Assembly: GCA_963749075.1 (NCBI GenBank)
Contig: CAVVLJ010000017.1
Coordinates: 640,001 to 704,000 of the forward strand
DNA length: 64,000 bases
Source of the DNA: an uncultured Pseudomonadota bacterium
GTDB taxonomy: Bacteria > Pseudomonadota > Alphaproteobacteria > JACZXZ01
Direction of reading: 5' to 3'
The notes beneath the pieces are model-generated. The model worked only from the letters and a program-made list of their open reading frames with translations. It ran no database searches and was not told the origin of the DNA. Of the stretch, positions 1-10,108 are shown piece by piece; position 1 is the first letter of the stretch; every line of letters begins with the position of its first letter. Both the position numbers and the translations under genes were made by a program.

Positions 1-34
1 CGTTGGGCGTCGCCCAGCTATAGACGTTGATCAT
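1..34 (-). CDS. glutathione S-transferase N-terminus (partial, runs off window start)
   Basis: Reverse strand reads GGAGGAGG RBS then MINVYSWATPN, matching the YfcG/YghU-type GST start MIxLYxWxTPNG. Confidence 0.75.
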   Translation of the reverse strand, partial: MINVYSWATPN

Positions 35-203
35 CCCATCCTCCTCCTGCCTCGGCTCTCCCTTTGCGCCGTTGCGACATGAGATCGTCACGCGGCCGGC
101 AAAGGCAAGCGCGCGAAAGCCGCTGCAAAGTCAAGGCATTGTAGCCGCTTGCCGGTGCCGCGCAATGCGGCCGAGAGGTTTGAGGCCGCGCCGGCGCCGC
201 AGC

Positions 204-581
204 TCAGGCGGGCTTGCCGCAATAGGCCTCGATGCGATAGCCGTCCGGGTCGACGACGAAGGCGGCGTAATAGCTCTCGCCATAGTCCTTGCGCGGGCCC
301 GGCTTGCCGTTGTCGCGGCCGCCGGCCTTGAGTGCTGCGGCGTGGAAGCGGTCCACGTCGGCGCGGTGCGCCGCCGCAAAGCAGAGATGGAGCCCCGACT
401 TGTCGTCGGGCGGCACCGGCCGCTCGGCCGCCATCACCCAGAGGTGCGGCGCCTCATCACCATAGCCGGCGTAGCCCGCGCCCTCGCTCAGGCACTTGTA
501 GCCGAGCGCTGCCAGGGCCGCATCGTAGAACGCCCTCGCGCGCGCGATGTCCTTAACGCCAATCGAGACATGGTCGATCAT
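204..581 (-). CDS. VOC/glyoxalase family protein
   Basis: MIDHVSIGVKDIARARAFYDAAL...LHLCFAA...YYAAFVVDPDGYRIEAYC. Confidence 0.9.
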   Translation of the reverse strand: MIDHVSIGVKDIARARAFYDAALAALGYKCLSEGAGYAGYGDEAPHLWVMAAERPVPPDDKSGLHLCFAAAHRADVDRFHAAALKAGGRDNGKPGPRKDYGESYYAAFVVDPDGYRIEAYCGKPA

Positions 582-656
582 GGGGAGTCCCTCTTCTCGC
601 AATTGCAGCGTCGCTTGCCGATGGATGCGGCGCGGACGCTAGCAGGACCGAGGGCT

Positions 657-1535
657 TCAGACTGTCAGATTCTTGCGCATTTCGCCGAGGTGCTGCGGCG
701 TGACCGAGCGGCGGAAGGCCGAGGGCGTGGTGCCGAAGGCGGCTTTGAAGGCGGCGGTGAAATGGCTATGGCCGGCAAAGCCCAGATCGAGGGCAAGCGT
801 CAAGAGGCTGCCGCGGCCCTCGAGCATGCGCTCGAGCGCCAAGGCGAGGCGCGCGCGCAGGCGATATTGGTGGATGGGGATGCCGACGCTCGCGCGGAAG
901 AGGCGCGCCAGATGAAAGGGCGAGCTCGCCACGCTCTCGGCGATCTCGCCGAGGCCGAGATCGCACTCCGGCCGGCCGGCGAGGAGCAGCTTGGTCGCCT
1001 CGACGCGCTCGCGCCGCAGCCGCGCGCTCGCCTCGCGCTGCCTGCGGCGAGGGCGGCCCTCTTTCTCGCCCGGCGTTGCGAGAATGGCGTTGAGCAGCGC
1101 GAGCGCCGTCTCCTCGAGCTCGAGCGAGGCTGCCGCCCCGCTCCGCACGCGGTGGCGAAGCCGGCGTCCGAGAAGAAGCGCGTGCGGATCGAGGAGCCCG
1201 TGGGTGCGCGGAAAGGGACGCCCAGGCGTGCCCCGGTCCTCGTTGCCCAGCGCCTCGGAGAGCACCTCGTCCGCGAAGTCGAGTACCATGCAATCGTCGC
1301 CGCCCGGCACCGGATGGCTTACCCGGTAGGGCTCGTCGGCATTGAAGAAGATCACGTGATTGGCGTCGGCGACGTGGCGCTCGCCGCGCACGTGCCTGAC
1401 GAAGACGCCGTTTCTCGGGAAGACCAGCTTGTGCCCGCTCGTGCATTCCTCGGCGCCGCACTGGGCGCTCTCGGGTCGGCAGCGCACGTCCGTGAGCGTC
1501 ACGAGCGGGGTGCGAGAGAGGGTCTTGGCTTGCAT
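657..1535 (-). CDS. AraC family transcriptional regulator
   Basis: C-terminal double HTH: SPFHLARLFRASVGIPIHQY...ALDLGFAGHSHFTAAFKAAFGTTPSAFR. Confidence 0.9.
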   Translation of the reverse strand: MQAKTLSRTPLVTLTDVRCRPESAQCGAEECTSGHKLVFPRNGVFVRHVRGERHVADANHVIFFNADEPYRVSHPVPGGDDCMVLDFADEVLSEALGNEDRGTPGRPFPRTHGLLDPHALLLGRRLRHRVRSGAAASLELEETALALLNAILATPGEKEGRPRRRQREASARLRRERVEATKLLLAGRPECDLGLGEIAESVASSPFHLARLFRASVGIPIHQYRLRARLALALERMLEGRGSLLTLALDLGFAGHSHFTAAFKAAFGTTPSAFRRSVTPQHLGEMRKNLTV

Positions 1536-1613
1536 GGCCCGACGATAGGAGCTCCGCCAAGCTGCGCCAGCAGGATCGTCCCGTGCTGCCGTTGGCGGAG
1601 CGCCCGCCCCTCG

Positions 1614-2570
1614 CTACTGCTTCGTCCAGCTCGTGTCGGGATCGAAGGCGGTCATGCGGCCGGCGAGCGCCGCCGTATTGCGGCCGAGGTCCTTCTGGTA
1701 GACGACGCCGTCCTGGTTGACGATGAAGGTCATGACGCCCGAGTCCCGGTACTTGGCGGGATAGGCGACGAGCGCGAAGCCGCCGATCATGTGGCCTTTG
1801 ACGATGTAGCTATAGGCCCCGCCGGACGCGTCTTTCCCCTGCCGCGTCAGGATCTTGTAGTAATAGCCGTGGTAGGGCGCGTGCTTGCCCGTCGCCTTGT
1901 CCTTGGGCCCGTAGCCCTCGGCGCGGGCGCTCGCCACGAGCGGCCCCAAGGGGCTCTCCGCCTCGCCCGCCGCCGCCGGCCAATAGAGCCCGTCGTGCTT
2001 GCCGGGGCTGCTCACGAACTTCGCCGCGTACTCGCGGAGCCCGCTTGTCTGAGAGGCGTATTCGCGCTGCGCCTCAACATAGGCGCGGCACACGTCGATG
2101 GCGCCCAATTCATCGCGGCCGATCCGCCGGGCGAGGATCTCGTGCTCGCCGGCAGCCGCGTCGAAGCGCCAGGCGCTCGCCTGCTTGACGAGCGGGATCG
2201 GCATGGGCCAAGCGTCCTCGCCGATCTCGACGACCGCCTTGTCGTCGCCCTCCATGACGATCTTGTGCGCCTTGTCGAAGGCGGCCACGAACCGCGCGCG
2301 GGCCTCCTTGTCGGCGACCGCGTCGCCGGAGTACACGAGCTTCCGCGCCTGCGGTCCGAGGATCTTCACGAGATCGCGCGTGGCGTCCGCGCGCGTCGCC
2401 GTGACGAGCGCGTCCACCGCCGCCTCGGGCGTAGCAAAGGTCGTCGCCTTGGCCATGACGGCCGCAGCAGGTGCTGCAGCAAGCGCCGACGCGACGATCG
2501 CGGCGAGCGTCAACGCGGCTCGCCGGCGCCGCACGAAGCTTCTCAGATCATTCCATCTCACTCGGGCCAT
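1614..2570 (-). CDS. DUF2950 family exported protein
   Basis: Signal peptide, FATPEAAVDAL, WPMPIPLVK, EILARRIGRDEL, PYHGYYYKIL, GFALVAYPAKYRDSGVMTF; usual partner of DUF3300. Confidence 0.85.
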   Translation of the reverse strand: MARVRWNDLRSFVRRRRAALTLAAIVASALAAAPAAAVMAKATTFATPEAAVDALVTATRADATRDLVKILGPQARKLVYSGDAVADKEARARFVAAFDKAHKIVMEGDDKAVVEIGEDAWPMPIPLVKQASAWRFDAAAGEHEILARRIGRDELGAIDVCRAYVEAQREYASQTSGLREYAAKFVSSPGKHDGLYWPAAAGEAESPLGPLVASARAEGYGPKDKATGKHAPYHGYYYKILTRQGKDASGGAYSYIVKGHMIGGFALVAYPAKYRDSGVMTFIVNQDGVVYQKDLGRNTAALAGRMTAFDPDTSWTKQ

Positions 2571-2593
2571 GGCGTCCTCGTGCATTCTTCTAG

Positions 2594-2635
2594 GTGGACC
2601 GGCTTGTAAGTGGACCGGCTTGTAAGTGGACCGGC
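2594..2635. repeat. 16-bp tandem repeat GTGGACCGGCTTGTAA x2.6
   Basis: Copies at 2594-2609 and 2610-2625, partial copy at 2626-2635. Confidence 0.9.
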
Positions 2636-2643
2636 GCCGGCGA

Positions 2644-3864
2644 TCATGGGCGCGGCGGGGCGCCGGGCGCCCCAGGTGCAGCGGCAGGGCGAGATGCCGG
2701 AGCGGCAGGCCGGGCCGGCGCCGCAGCGCGCGGCGGGGGTGCTGCCCTTGGCGGTGCGGCCAGGCTCGCTTGGCCGCGCGCCGCCTGAGCGCGGGCGGCT
2801 GAGCCATTGCCCATGCTCGAGAAGGCGGGCGGCGCCGGGCGGGCAGGTGCTGCCGGACGGGCCGCGGGGCGCGCCGCAGGTGCACTGGGCGCCGGTGCGC
2901 CGCGGGGCGGTGCGGCCACCATGGGTCCTGGGTGCGGTGCCGGTCGCGCTGCCGCGGGGGCGCCTGCCGCATAGCCCCTGGCATCGCGCGAGGCTGCAGG
3001 ACCTGCCGCCTGGCCGCCGGTGTAGCGCGCGCGCGTGCCGGCATCGCGATAGGCCACGCCGCGGCGGTGGTAGGGATCGTGCTGCCAGGTATCGCCGCTG
3101 AAGGGCCGCCGGTTGCGGTCGATGCGATTGAAGCGGCCGGCGTCGATGCGGATGCGGTGGCCGCGCCAGTCCCAGCTGTCCCAGCCCCAGAAATCGCCGA
3201 AGACGGCGAAGGCGGCGCCGTAGGCGAGCGCCGCCCCGATGGTGCAGCCCGACCACGGCGCGAACTGCACCGGCGGATAGCCGGCGTAGGGCCAGGCGCC
3301 GAAGACGGCGCCGGGATTGTAGCAGGGCACGTAGACGTCGCTCGAGCTGGTCGGCTCGATCTGGATGTCCTGGCCGTCGGAGGTCACGCTGATTTGCGGG
3401 CCAGAGGCGAGCGTGCCCGCGGCCTGTGCCGCACGGCGCAGGCGCTGCACCGAGTCCATCACGTCGGACTGCTGGGCGAGGAAGGCGTCGCCCACCGACT
3501 GCATCCACTGGAGCTGGCTGCTCATCATCTGGAGAATCTGCGGGAAGGCGACGAGCGAGATGACGCTCGGGTCCCAGTCCTGGCCCTGCGCCGCCGAGGC
3601 GAGGGAGGCGCCGCTCGAGCCCGAGCTCTGCACCCACTGCGCCGCGGCGCTGACCTCGAGCGGATAGGTGGCGGCCATCAGAATCTCGCCGAGGAGCGGA
3701 TCGGGATAAAGCGCGATCGGCGCCAGCATCTGGTCGAGCTGCTCGGGCGTGAAGGCCGGCGCCGTCTGGGCCGAGGCCCGCGGGTAGTGCAGCGAGAGGG
3801 GTAGAGGCACGAGGGCCAAGATCGCGAGAGCCGCCGCGATGGCGCGAACCAGGCTCGTCTTCAT
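2644..3864 (-). CDS. DUF3300 family exported protein with Pro/Ala/Arg-rich tail
   Basis: EQLDQMLAPIALYPDPLLGEILMAATYP, WDPSVISLVAFPQIL, WQHDPYHRRGVAY. Confidence 0.88.
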   Translation of the reverse strand: MKTSLVRAIAAALAILALVPLPLSLHYPRASAQTAPAFTPEQLDQMLAPIALYPDPLLGEILMAATYPLEVSAAAQWVQSSGSSGASLASAAQGQDWDPSVISLVAFPQILQMMSSQLQWMQSVGDAFLAQQSDVMDSVQRLRRAAQAAGTLASGPQISVTSDGQDIQIEPTSSSDVYVPCYNPGAVFGAWPYAGYPPVQFAPWSGCTIGAALAYGAAFAVFGDFWGWDSWDWRGHRIRIDAGRFNRIDRNRRPFSGDTWQHDPYHRRGVAYRDAGTRARYTGGQAAGPAASRDARGYAAGAPAAARPAPHPGPMVAAPPRGAPAPSAPAARPAARPAAPARPAPPAFSSMGNGSAARAQAARGQASLAAPPRAAPPPRAAAPARPAAPASRPAAAPGAPGAPPRP

Positions 3865-4130
3865 GTCTTATCCTTTCTTCACCCAGGTCACGCGATGACT
3901 CGAGTTCTCCGAATATACTGCGATCCTAGCGGTTTCCGGCGCGGAATGTCAGCCTCGGCGAGAACAAATTTTGGGCCTCGCCGGAGGACACGCATCGAGA
4001 GAAGCGAATTCAACCATCGGCAGCGGCGACGGAAGCGCCATCACGTCGGGCCGCGAGGACGCGCCGAATGCGCGAAGAGGGCTCGACGGCCGAAGCCTGC
4101 AAGGTCCGCCACGGAAACTTTGATGCCGCT

Positions 4131-4715
4131 CTATCGAATTGCCTTTGCCAAATCTCTGCCAAGCCCCGCCCGCTGCAAGCGCTCCACGATGCGCTCGACC
4201 GAGGCTTCGCGATGCGTCTCGCGAATAAGCGCCGCATCGTGCGCCGAAGGCGGCTGAGGCGCTCCTCGAGGCGGCTTGCGAAATAAATCAGGCCGTTCGC
4301 TCGCGAGCTCCAACAGGCGCACCATGGCGGCGCTCGGCGTCACCTCGCCGCTCTCATACTTCTCGAAGGCCTTTTCGCCGCCGCCGAAGACGCGCGCCGC
4401 CTCGCGCTGAGTGAGGCCGCAATCCTCTCGTATCGAGCGGATTTGCAACGGGGTCAGCCTTGCCCCCTTGGCCAACGCCTTTGCCTCGCTCAGGGCCAGA
4501 TCGGCAATCTCATTGTCCTCATCGACCAGTTGGCCGTCGTCATCGTCCGGGTCGTCGAGGCTCGCCCACCAGCCCGGCTGCGGGTAAGTATAGCGATACC
4601 CGCCGATCTCGATGGACACCATTTTCACGCCGCGCCGCATGGGACGCCCGGTCTCGGCCGACAAGATGCTATCGGGATAGTTCCTTGGATTGGCCGTCTT
4701 GCGTGGCCGGCCCAT
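4131..4715 (-). CDS. mqsA: MqsA-family antitoxin (XRE HTH)
   Basis: IRSIREDCGLTQREAARVFGGGEKAFEKYESGEVTPS; directly downstream of an mqsR-like remnant. Confidence 0.8.
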   Translation of the reverse strand: MGRPRKTANPRNYPDSILSAETGRPMRRGVKMVSIEIGGYRYTYPQPGWWASLDDPDDDDGQLVDEDNEIADLALSEAKALAKGARLTPLQIRSIREDCGLTQREAARVFGGGEKAFEKYESGEVTPSAAMVRLLELASERPDLFRKPPRGAPQPPSAHDAALIRETHREASVERIVERLQRAGLGRDLAKAIR

Positions 4716-4718
4716 GGC

Positions 4719-4991
4719 TCAAGCCCCCTTGAAACTGATGAGCAGATACCGATTGTCGTGGTCCTTGGTGAATTTGATGTAGAGCGTCCTGCCAGACGCG
4801 GCTCGAGACGTGCGAGGTCATCGACTTGTCGAAATCCCTCGGCGTCAATGCCTGCACCAGCGCCACCACCACGCATCGAGGCCCAGCGCCGCTGCACCCT
4901 TGGTTGCCGTCATCGTCCGGTTCAGGGTCTTTGGATCGGCGAGCGCCGCCTTGATATCCACCAGCGGATAGTGCGGCCTGCGCTTTTCCAT
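4719..4991 (-). pseudogene. mqsR: MqsR-family mRNA interferase toxin, frameshifted and internally deleted
   Basis: Pieces in different frames: MEKRRPHYPLVDIKA / VVALVQALTPRDFDKSMTSHVSSRVWQD / GRTLYIKFTKDHDNRYLLISFKGA*. Confidence 0.8.
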
Positions 4992-5010
4992 ATCCCCCAT
5001 CTTGGGGGAT
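4992..5010. promoter_or_regulatory. palindromic operator for mqsRA (ATCCCCCA-tct-TGGGGGAT)
   Basis: Perfect 8-bp inverted repeat with 3-nt spacer directly upstream of the mqsR ATG; overlaps a TTGACC-N17-CAAGAT promoter candidate on the minus strand. Confidence 0.65.
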
Positions 5011-5059
5011 TATCGCCGGAAGGTCAAGGCAAAGACGACGAGCGCGCTGCGCTCAAGCC

Positions 5060-6514
5060 TCACCCGGCGAGCTTCTTGCGCAGGAGCTCGTTCACCATCT
5101 TCGGATTGGCCTTGCCGCCCGTCGCCTTCATGACCTGGCCGACCAGCCAGCCGACGACGCCCTCCTTGCCGCTTTTGAATTGCGCCACCTGGCCGGGATT
5201 GTCGGCGATCGCCTTGGCGATCGCCGCCTCGATGGCGCCGGTGTCGCTGATCTGCGTGAGCCCCTTGGCGGCGACGATGGCGGCGGCGGGCTTGCCGCTC
5301 TCGAACATCTCGTCGAGCACCTCCTTGGCGCTGCGGCCGGAGATGGTGCCGTCGGCGACGAGATCGATGAGGCCGCCGAGGGCCTCGGCGCTCACCGGCG
5401 ACGCCGTCATCTCGAGCCCCGCCTTGTTGAGGCGGCCGAAGAGCTCCGAGATCACCCAGTTGGCGGCGAGCTTGGCGTCGCGCCCCTCGGCCACCGCCTC
5501 GAAGTAGTCGGCGCTCGCGCGCTCGGCGACCAGCACGCCCGCATCGTAAGCCGTGATCCCGTAGCCCGCGATGAAGCGCGCCTTCTTGGCGTCCGGCAGC
5601 TCGGGGAGTGAGCGGCGCAGCTCCTCGACCCAAGACGGATCGAGCTCGAGCGGCAGGAGGTCGGGGTCGGGGAAGTAGCGGTAGTCGTGCGCCTCCTCCT
5701 TCGAGCGCATCTCGCGCGTGATGCCGCGCTTGGCGTCGAAGAGGCGCGTCTGCTGCGCCACCACGCTGCCACCCTCGATGAGCTCGACCTGGCGGCGCGC
5801 CTCGTACTCGATCGCCTGCTGCACGAAGCGCACCGAGTTCACGTTCTTGATCTCGCAGCGCGTGCCGAGCTCGCCGCCCGGCCGGCGCACCGAGACGTTC
5901 ACGTCGGCGCGCATGGAGCCCTCCTCCATGTTGCCGTCGCAGGTGCCGAGATAGCGCAGGATCGAGCGCAGCTTGCGCAAATAGGCGCCCGCCTCCTCGG
6001 AGCTGCGCATGTCGGGCTTGGAGACGATCTCCATGAGCGCCACGCCGGAGCGGTTGAGATCGACGAAGGTGCGGCGCGGGTCCTGGTCGTGGAGGCTCTT
6101 GCCGGCGTCCTGCTCGAGATGGAGCCGCTCGATGCCGACCTCGCGCACGCCGCCGTCCGGGAGATCGACCGCGATGCTGCCCTCGCCCACGATGGGCTGC
6201 TTGTACTGGGAGATCTGATAGCCGGCCGGGAGGTCCGCGTAGAAGTAGTTCTTGCGATCGAACACCGAGACGAGGTTGATGCGGGCGTTGAGCCCGAGCG
6301 CGGTGCGCACCGCCTGGGCGATGCAGACCGCGTTGATGACCGGCAGCATGCCGGGCATGGCGGCATCGACGAATGAGACCTGGGTGTTGGGCTCGGCGCC
6401 GAACTTCGTCGCGGCACCCGAGAAGAGCTTGGCCTCGGAGACCACCTGGGCGTGGACCTCGAGCCCGATGACGATCTCCCACTCGCCGCTCTTGCCTGCG
6501 ATGAGGGCGGTCAT
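5060..6514 (-). CDS. gatB: Asp/Glu-tRNA amidotransferase subunit B
   Basis: [40 protein letters not shown]. Confidence 0.98.
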   Translation of the reverse strand: MTALIAGKSGEWEIVIGLEVHAQVVSEAKLFSGAATKFGAEPNTQVSFVDAAMPGMLPVINAVCIAQAVRTALGLNARINLVSVFDRKNYFYADLPAGYQISQYKQPIVGEGSIAVDLPDGGVREVGIERLHLEQDAGKSLHDQDPRRTFVDLNRSGVALMEIVSKPDMRSSEEAGAYLRKLRSILRYLGTCDGNMEEGSMRADVNVSVRRPGGELGTRCEIKNVNSVRFVQQAIEYEARRQVELIEGGSVVAQQTRLFDAKRGITREMRSKEEAHDYRYFPDPDLLPLELDPSWVEELRRSLPELPDAKKARFIAGYGITAYDAGVLVAERASADYFEAVAEGRDAKLAANWVISELFGRLNKAGLEMTASPVSAEALGGLIDLVADGTISGRSAKEVLDEMFESGKPAAAIVAAKGLTQISDTGAIEAAIAKAIADNPGQVAQFKSGKEGVVGWLVGQVMKATGGKANPKMVNELLRKKLAG

Positions 6515-6546
6515 GGCCGATCCCGCAGAGTGCGCGTGAACGAGCC

Positions 6547-6653
6547 ACCCCCCACCCTGCCCTCCCCCTCAAGGGGGGAGGGGAAAGAGAGAATGAGCCG
6601 ACCCGCCAAACGAGCCCCCTCCCCCCTTGAGGGGGAGGGATGGGGTGGGGGGT
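6547..6653. repeat. palindromic MITE/REP-like element, family A copy 1
   Basis: Two inverted arms of about 37 bp, each with a CTCCCCC-TCAA-GGGGGAG hairpin; matches 24195-24296. Confidence 0.85.
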
Positions 6654-6677
6654 AAGTCGCGAGCCGACTCTCGCCCA

Positions 6678-8159
6678 TCATCCCCTCCCCGCTACGAAGG
6701 CGGGCAGGTGCGCAAAGCCGGCGGCCTCCTCGAGCGCCGCCGCGATGGCGAGCACCGTCTCCTCGTCGAAGGCGCGGCCGATGATCTGGAGGCCGAGCGG
6801 CAGCCCGTCCGCCGAGAGGCCGGCCGGCAGCGAGATGCCGGGCAGGCCCGCGAGATTGGCCGGCACCGTGAAGACGTCGTTCAAATACATGGCGATGGGA
6901 TCGTCCATGTTGTCGCCGACCGCGAAGGCCGCACTCGGCGTCGAGGGGGCGAGGATGGCGTCGACCGTCGCGAAGGCCTCGGTGAAGTCGCGGAGGATGA
7001 GGGCGCGCACGCGCTGCGCCTTCAAGTAATAGGCGTCGTAATAGCCGGCCGAGAGCACGTAGGTGCCGATCATGACGCGCCGGCGCACCTCGCGGCCGAA
7101 GCCCGCGGCGCGCGTCTTCTCGTACATGTCGATGAGGTCCTCGCCCGCCACGCGCAGGCCGTAGCGCACGCCGTCGTAGCGCGCGAGGTTGGAGGAGGCC
7201 TCGGCGGGGGCGATGATGTAATAGGTCGGCAGCGCATATCTGGTGTGCGGCAGGCTCACTTGGCACGTCTCGGCACCCGCCGCCTCGAGCCAGGCAATAC
7301 CCTGCCGCCAGAGGCCGTCGATCTCCTCCGGCATGCCGTCGACGCGGTATTCCTTGGGGATGCCGACCTTGAGGCCCTTGAGCGAGCGGCCGACCGCCGC
7401 CTCGTAATCGGGCACCGGGCGGTCGACCGAGGTCGAGTCCTTGGCGTCGTGACCGGCGATCGCGCGCAGCATGATGGCGGCGTCGCGCACGCTCCTCGTC
7501 ATGGGGCCGGCCTGGTCGAGCGAGGAGGCGAAGGCGACGATGCCCCAACGCGAGCAGCGCCCGTAGGTCGGCTTCATGCCGACGATGCCGCAGAAGGCGG
7601 CGGGCTGGCGGATCGAGCCGCCGGTATCGGTGCCGATGGCGCCGAGTGCCGCGCGCGCCGCGACCGCCGCGGCCGAGCCGCCGGAGCTCCCGCCGGGGAC
7701 GAGCGGGCGGTTGTCGCCTTTGCGGCGCCACGGGTTCTCGACGGGGCCATAGAAGCTCGTCATGTTGGAGGAGCCCATGGCGAACTCGTCGAGGTTGGTC
7801 TTGCCGAGCATGACGGCACCCGCGCGCCACAGATTGGCGGTGACGGTCGACTCATAGGCCGGCTTGAAGCCGTCGAGGATGTGCGAGCCGGCGGTGGTCA
7901 AGACACCCTCGGTGCAGAAGAGATCCTTGATGGCGAGCGGGATGCCCTCCATAAGGCCGCCCTCGCCGCGCTTGAGCCGTGCGTCCGCGGCCTCCGCCAT
8001 GGCGAGCGCCGCCTCCGGCGTCTCGCTGATGAAGGCGTTGAGCGGGCGCGCCGCCTCGACCGCGCGGATATGCGCCTCCGCGAGCTCGCGCGCGGAGAAG
8101 CTGCCTTTACGCAGGCCGTCGCGGGCAGCTGCGATGGTGAGCTCGTTGAGCGCGGTCAT
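6678..8159 (-). CDS. gatA: Asp/Glu-tRNA amidotransferase subunit A
   Basis: [38 protein letters not shown] amidase signature. Confidence 0.98.
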   Translation of the reverse strand: MTALNELTIAAARDGLRKGSFSARELAEAHIRAVEAARPLNAFISETPEAALAMAEAADARLKRGEGGLMEGIPLAIKDLFCTEGVLTTAGSHILDGFKPAYESTVTANLWRAGAVMLGKTNLDEFAMGSSNMTSFYGPVENPWRRKGDNRPLVPGGSSGGSAAAVAARAALGAIGTDTGGSIRQPAAFCGIVGMKPTYGRCSRWGIVAFASSLDQAGPMTRSVRDAAIMLRAIAGHDAKDSTSVDRPVPDYEAAVGRSLKGLKVGIPKEYRVDGMPEEIDGLWRQGIAWLEAAGAETCQVSLPHTRYALPTYYIIAPAEASSNLARYDGVRYGLRVAGEDLIDMYEKTRAAGFGREVRRRVMIGTYVLSAGYYDAYYLKAQRVRALILRDFTEAFATVDAILAPSTPSAAFAVGDNMDDPIAMYLNDVFTVPANLAGLPGISLPAGLSADGLPLGLQIIGRAFDEETVLAIAAALEEAAGFAHLPAFVAGRG

Positions 8160-8443
8160 TCGAGCACCTTGGGCACCGCGAAGAAGCCCTCGACCCCCTC
8201 GGGCGCATTCTTGAGCACCTTCTCGCGGTAGCCGCCGTCGGTGACCTTGTCCGGCCGCCAGGGCAGCTTGGCATTGACCGTGCTCGCGAGCGGTGCTACC
8301 GCCGCCGTGTCGACCTCGTTCAACTGCTCGATCCAGGCGAGCAGGCCCGAGAGCTCGCGGGCGAGCGGCTTGAGCTCCTCCTCGCCGACCTTGATGCGCG
8401 CGAGGCGCGCGATCTTGCGCACCGTGGCTTCGTTGACGGACAT
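8156..8443 (-). CDS. gatC: Asp/Glu-tRNA amidotransferase subunit C
   Basis: [17 protein letters not shown]...[17 protein letters not shown]; ATGA overlap with gatA. Confidence 0.95.
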   Translation of the reverse strand: MSVNEATVRKIARLARIKVGEEELKPLARELSGLLAWIEQLNEVDTAAVAPLASTVNAKLPWRPDKVTDGGYREKVLKNAPEGVEGFFAVPKVLE

Positions 8444-8594
8444 GGAATGGCCCAGAATGTCGATGGCGCCAAGGCCGCCGGGCGGCCGAATTCGCGGCCG
8501 GAAAATAGCACCCGGTGGCGGCCGCCCGCAACCGCCCCGGCGGCCGGCCAGCTTTCGCCGCCGGGCGGCCATCCGCCCGGATGGCGACGGCGGC

Positions 8595-9173
8595 CTAGCG
8601 CTTCTCCGTCCAGCTCTCGGAAAATGCCAGCGCGCAGGTGCTGAAGGGCTTTCCCTCGCGCTCCTTGGGCCACGGGCGGCCGGCCGCCTCGATGCCGTTG
8701 CGCGACAGGCGGGCGCCGAGCGCGGGCACCAGCACCGTGCACACGCCGTAAGGACGCCCCGGTTCCGCATTGGGCTGGGTGTGGATGAGCAGCGGCTCGC
8801 CGATCTCGTACCAGGTGAGCGCGATCTCCTCATCGCGCGAGACCACGCGCTCCGTCCAGAAATAGCGCGGGTCGCCGGAGCGGCTGAACTGGGCATCGAG
8901 CACGGGGATCGCCCTGTCGGCGGTCTCGGCGTTGAGCATGCCCTGGACGGTCGCTTGCAGCCAGCGCGCCATCGCGATGTTGTCCGAGTAGATGCGCCAG
9001 CGATTGTCCGTGAGCTCGCTCTTGACGTAGAGAACGTGCCCCGGCCCGGCAGGGCAGAAGACGATGCGCCAGAAGCTCGCATTCGTCGTGATGGCATCGC
9101 CGTCGTTCCGGCTCAGCCGGATGAAGGGGTTTTCGCCCGTGAGGATCACGCGGTTGGGGTCTGCGACGCTCAT
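8595..9173 (-). CDS. hypothetical protein
   Basis: GAGG RBS then MSVADPNRVILTGENPFIRL...; protein-like composition and codon bias; no family recognised. Confidence 0.7.
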   Translation of the reverse strand: MSVADPNRVILTGENPFIRLSRNDGDAITTNASFWRIVFCPAGPGHVLYVKSELTDNRWRIYSDNIAMARWLQATVQGMLNAETADRAIPVLDAQFSRSGDPRYFWTERVVSRDEEIALTWYEIGEPLLIHTQPNAEPGRPYGVCTVLVPALGARLSRNGIEAAGRPWPKEREGKPFSTCALAFSESWTEKR

Positions 9174-9306
9174 CTCATCGACCTCCCGGCGGCAAGAGCT
9201 CTCCCGCCACTCTACCAGCAGAGCTCGCTCCGGGTCTGTACTATACTGGCGAAGCCGCCGAAACGCTCGAGCCGGCATCCGGGCGGCAACCTGCCCAGGA
9301 GATGCG

Positions 9307-9729
9307 ATGGACGACATTCTCCTTGCTTTCGTCGTCTATGGCGCCGTCGTCGTGGCCTTCGGCGCTTGCGTCGCCGCCATCTCGCGCGGCGCGAGGGAAG
9401 CCGGCGGCGCGGAGCCGGGCAAGGGGAGCGGTGCCCGCGCGTTTCCCATATGGAGTCTCCTGGCGCTGGGCGTTCCCCTTTCGGGGCTCATCGGCGACCC
9501 CATCTTTGGACTTCTCGCGATCGGGCCTTTCGCCCAGCCCTCGACGCCCTGGGTTGCGCTCCTGGGATCGAGCCTGGCGGACTTGGGCTGGCTGCTCGCG
9601 GGCGCGGCACTCGGCGTCGGGCACTTCAACGCCCTCAAGCTCCATAGCCGGCTATCGACCTTCGCCGCGGCACTCGCCTTCTTCGCCATAGGGACCGTGC
9701 TGGCAAATGCCGACGCCTTCGCCAAGTGA
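9307..9729 (+). CDS. hypothetical membrane protein
   Basis: AGGAG RBS; several hydrophobic helices ([19 protein letters not shown]...). Confidence 0.6.
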   Translation: MDDILLAFVVYGAVVVAFGACVAAISRGAREAGGAEPGKGSGARAFPIWSLLALGVPLSGLIGDPIFGLLAIGPFAQPSTPWVALLGSSLADLGWLLAGAALGVGHFNALKLHSRLSTFAAALAFFAIGTVLANADAFAK

Positions 9730-9828
9730 AAGATCGCGCAACAGGCCTTGCGCGCCGGTGCAGCGAGCGGTTAGGGAGAAGCTGCCGGTCGAGCGCGGCC
9801 GGCGCGGGCAAAGATTTGGGAGGAATCC

Positions 9829-10101
9829 ATGCTCTTCATGGTGGTCGAGCGCTTCAAGAACCGCGACGCCAAGGCGGTCTATCGCCGCTTTCGCGAGCAA
9901 GGCCGCGGGGCGCCGGAGGGGCTCACCTACGTCAATAGCTGGATCGAGGCCAATTTCGACCGCTGCTTCCAGCTCATGGAATGCGACGACGCGCGCCTGC
10001 TCCAGCAGTGGGTCGCCTTCTGGGGCGATCTCATCGAGTTCGAGATCACGCCGGTCGTCCCCTCGGCGGAGACGCGCACGGCGATCGAGCCCTTGCTCTG
10101 A
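9829..10101 (+). CDS. DUF3303 family protein
   Basis: MLFMVVERF...[23 protein letters not shown]...[10 protein letters not shown]...[11 protein letters not shown]. Confidence 0.8.
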   Translation: MLFMVVERFKNRDAKAVYRRFREQGRGAPEGLTYVNSWIEANFDRCFQLMECDDARLLQQWVAFWGDLIEFEITPVVPSAETRTAIEPLL

Positions 10102-10108
10102 GGCGGCC

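Noticed and set aside
27-2609. 860-aa plus-strand ORF
   Set aside because: Antisense shadow of the VOC, AraC and DUF2950 genes; Arg/Ala-rich with no motifs, typical of high-GC DNA.
2594-2635. possible CRISPR array
   Set aside because: Contiguous tandem copies with no spacers and no cas genes; the other repeats in the window are inverted pairs, not arrays.
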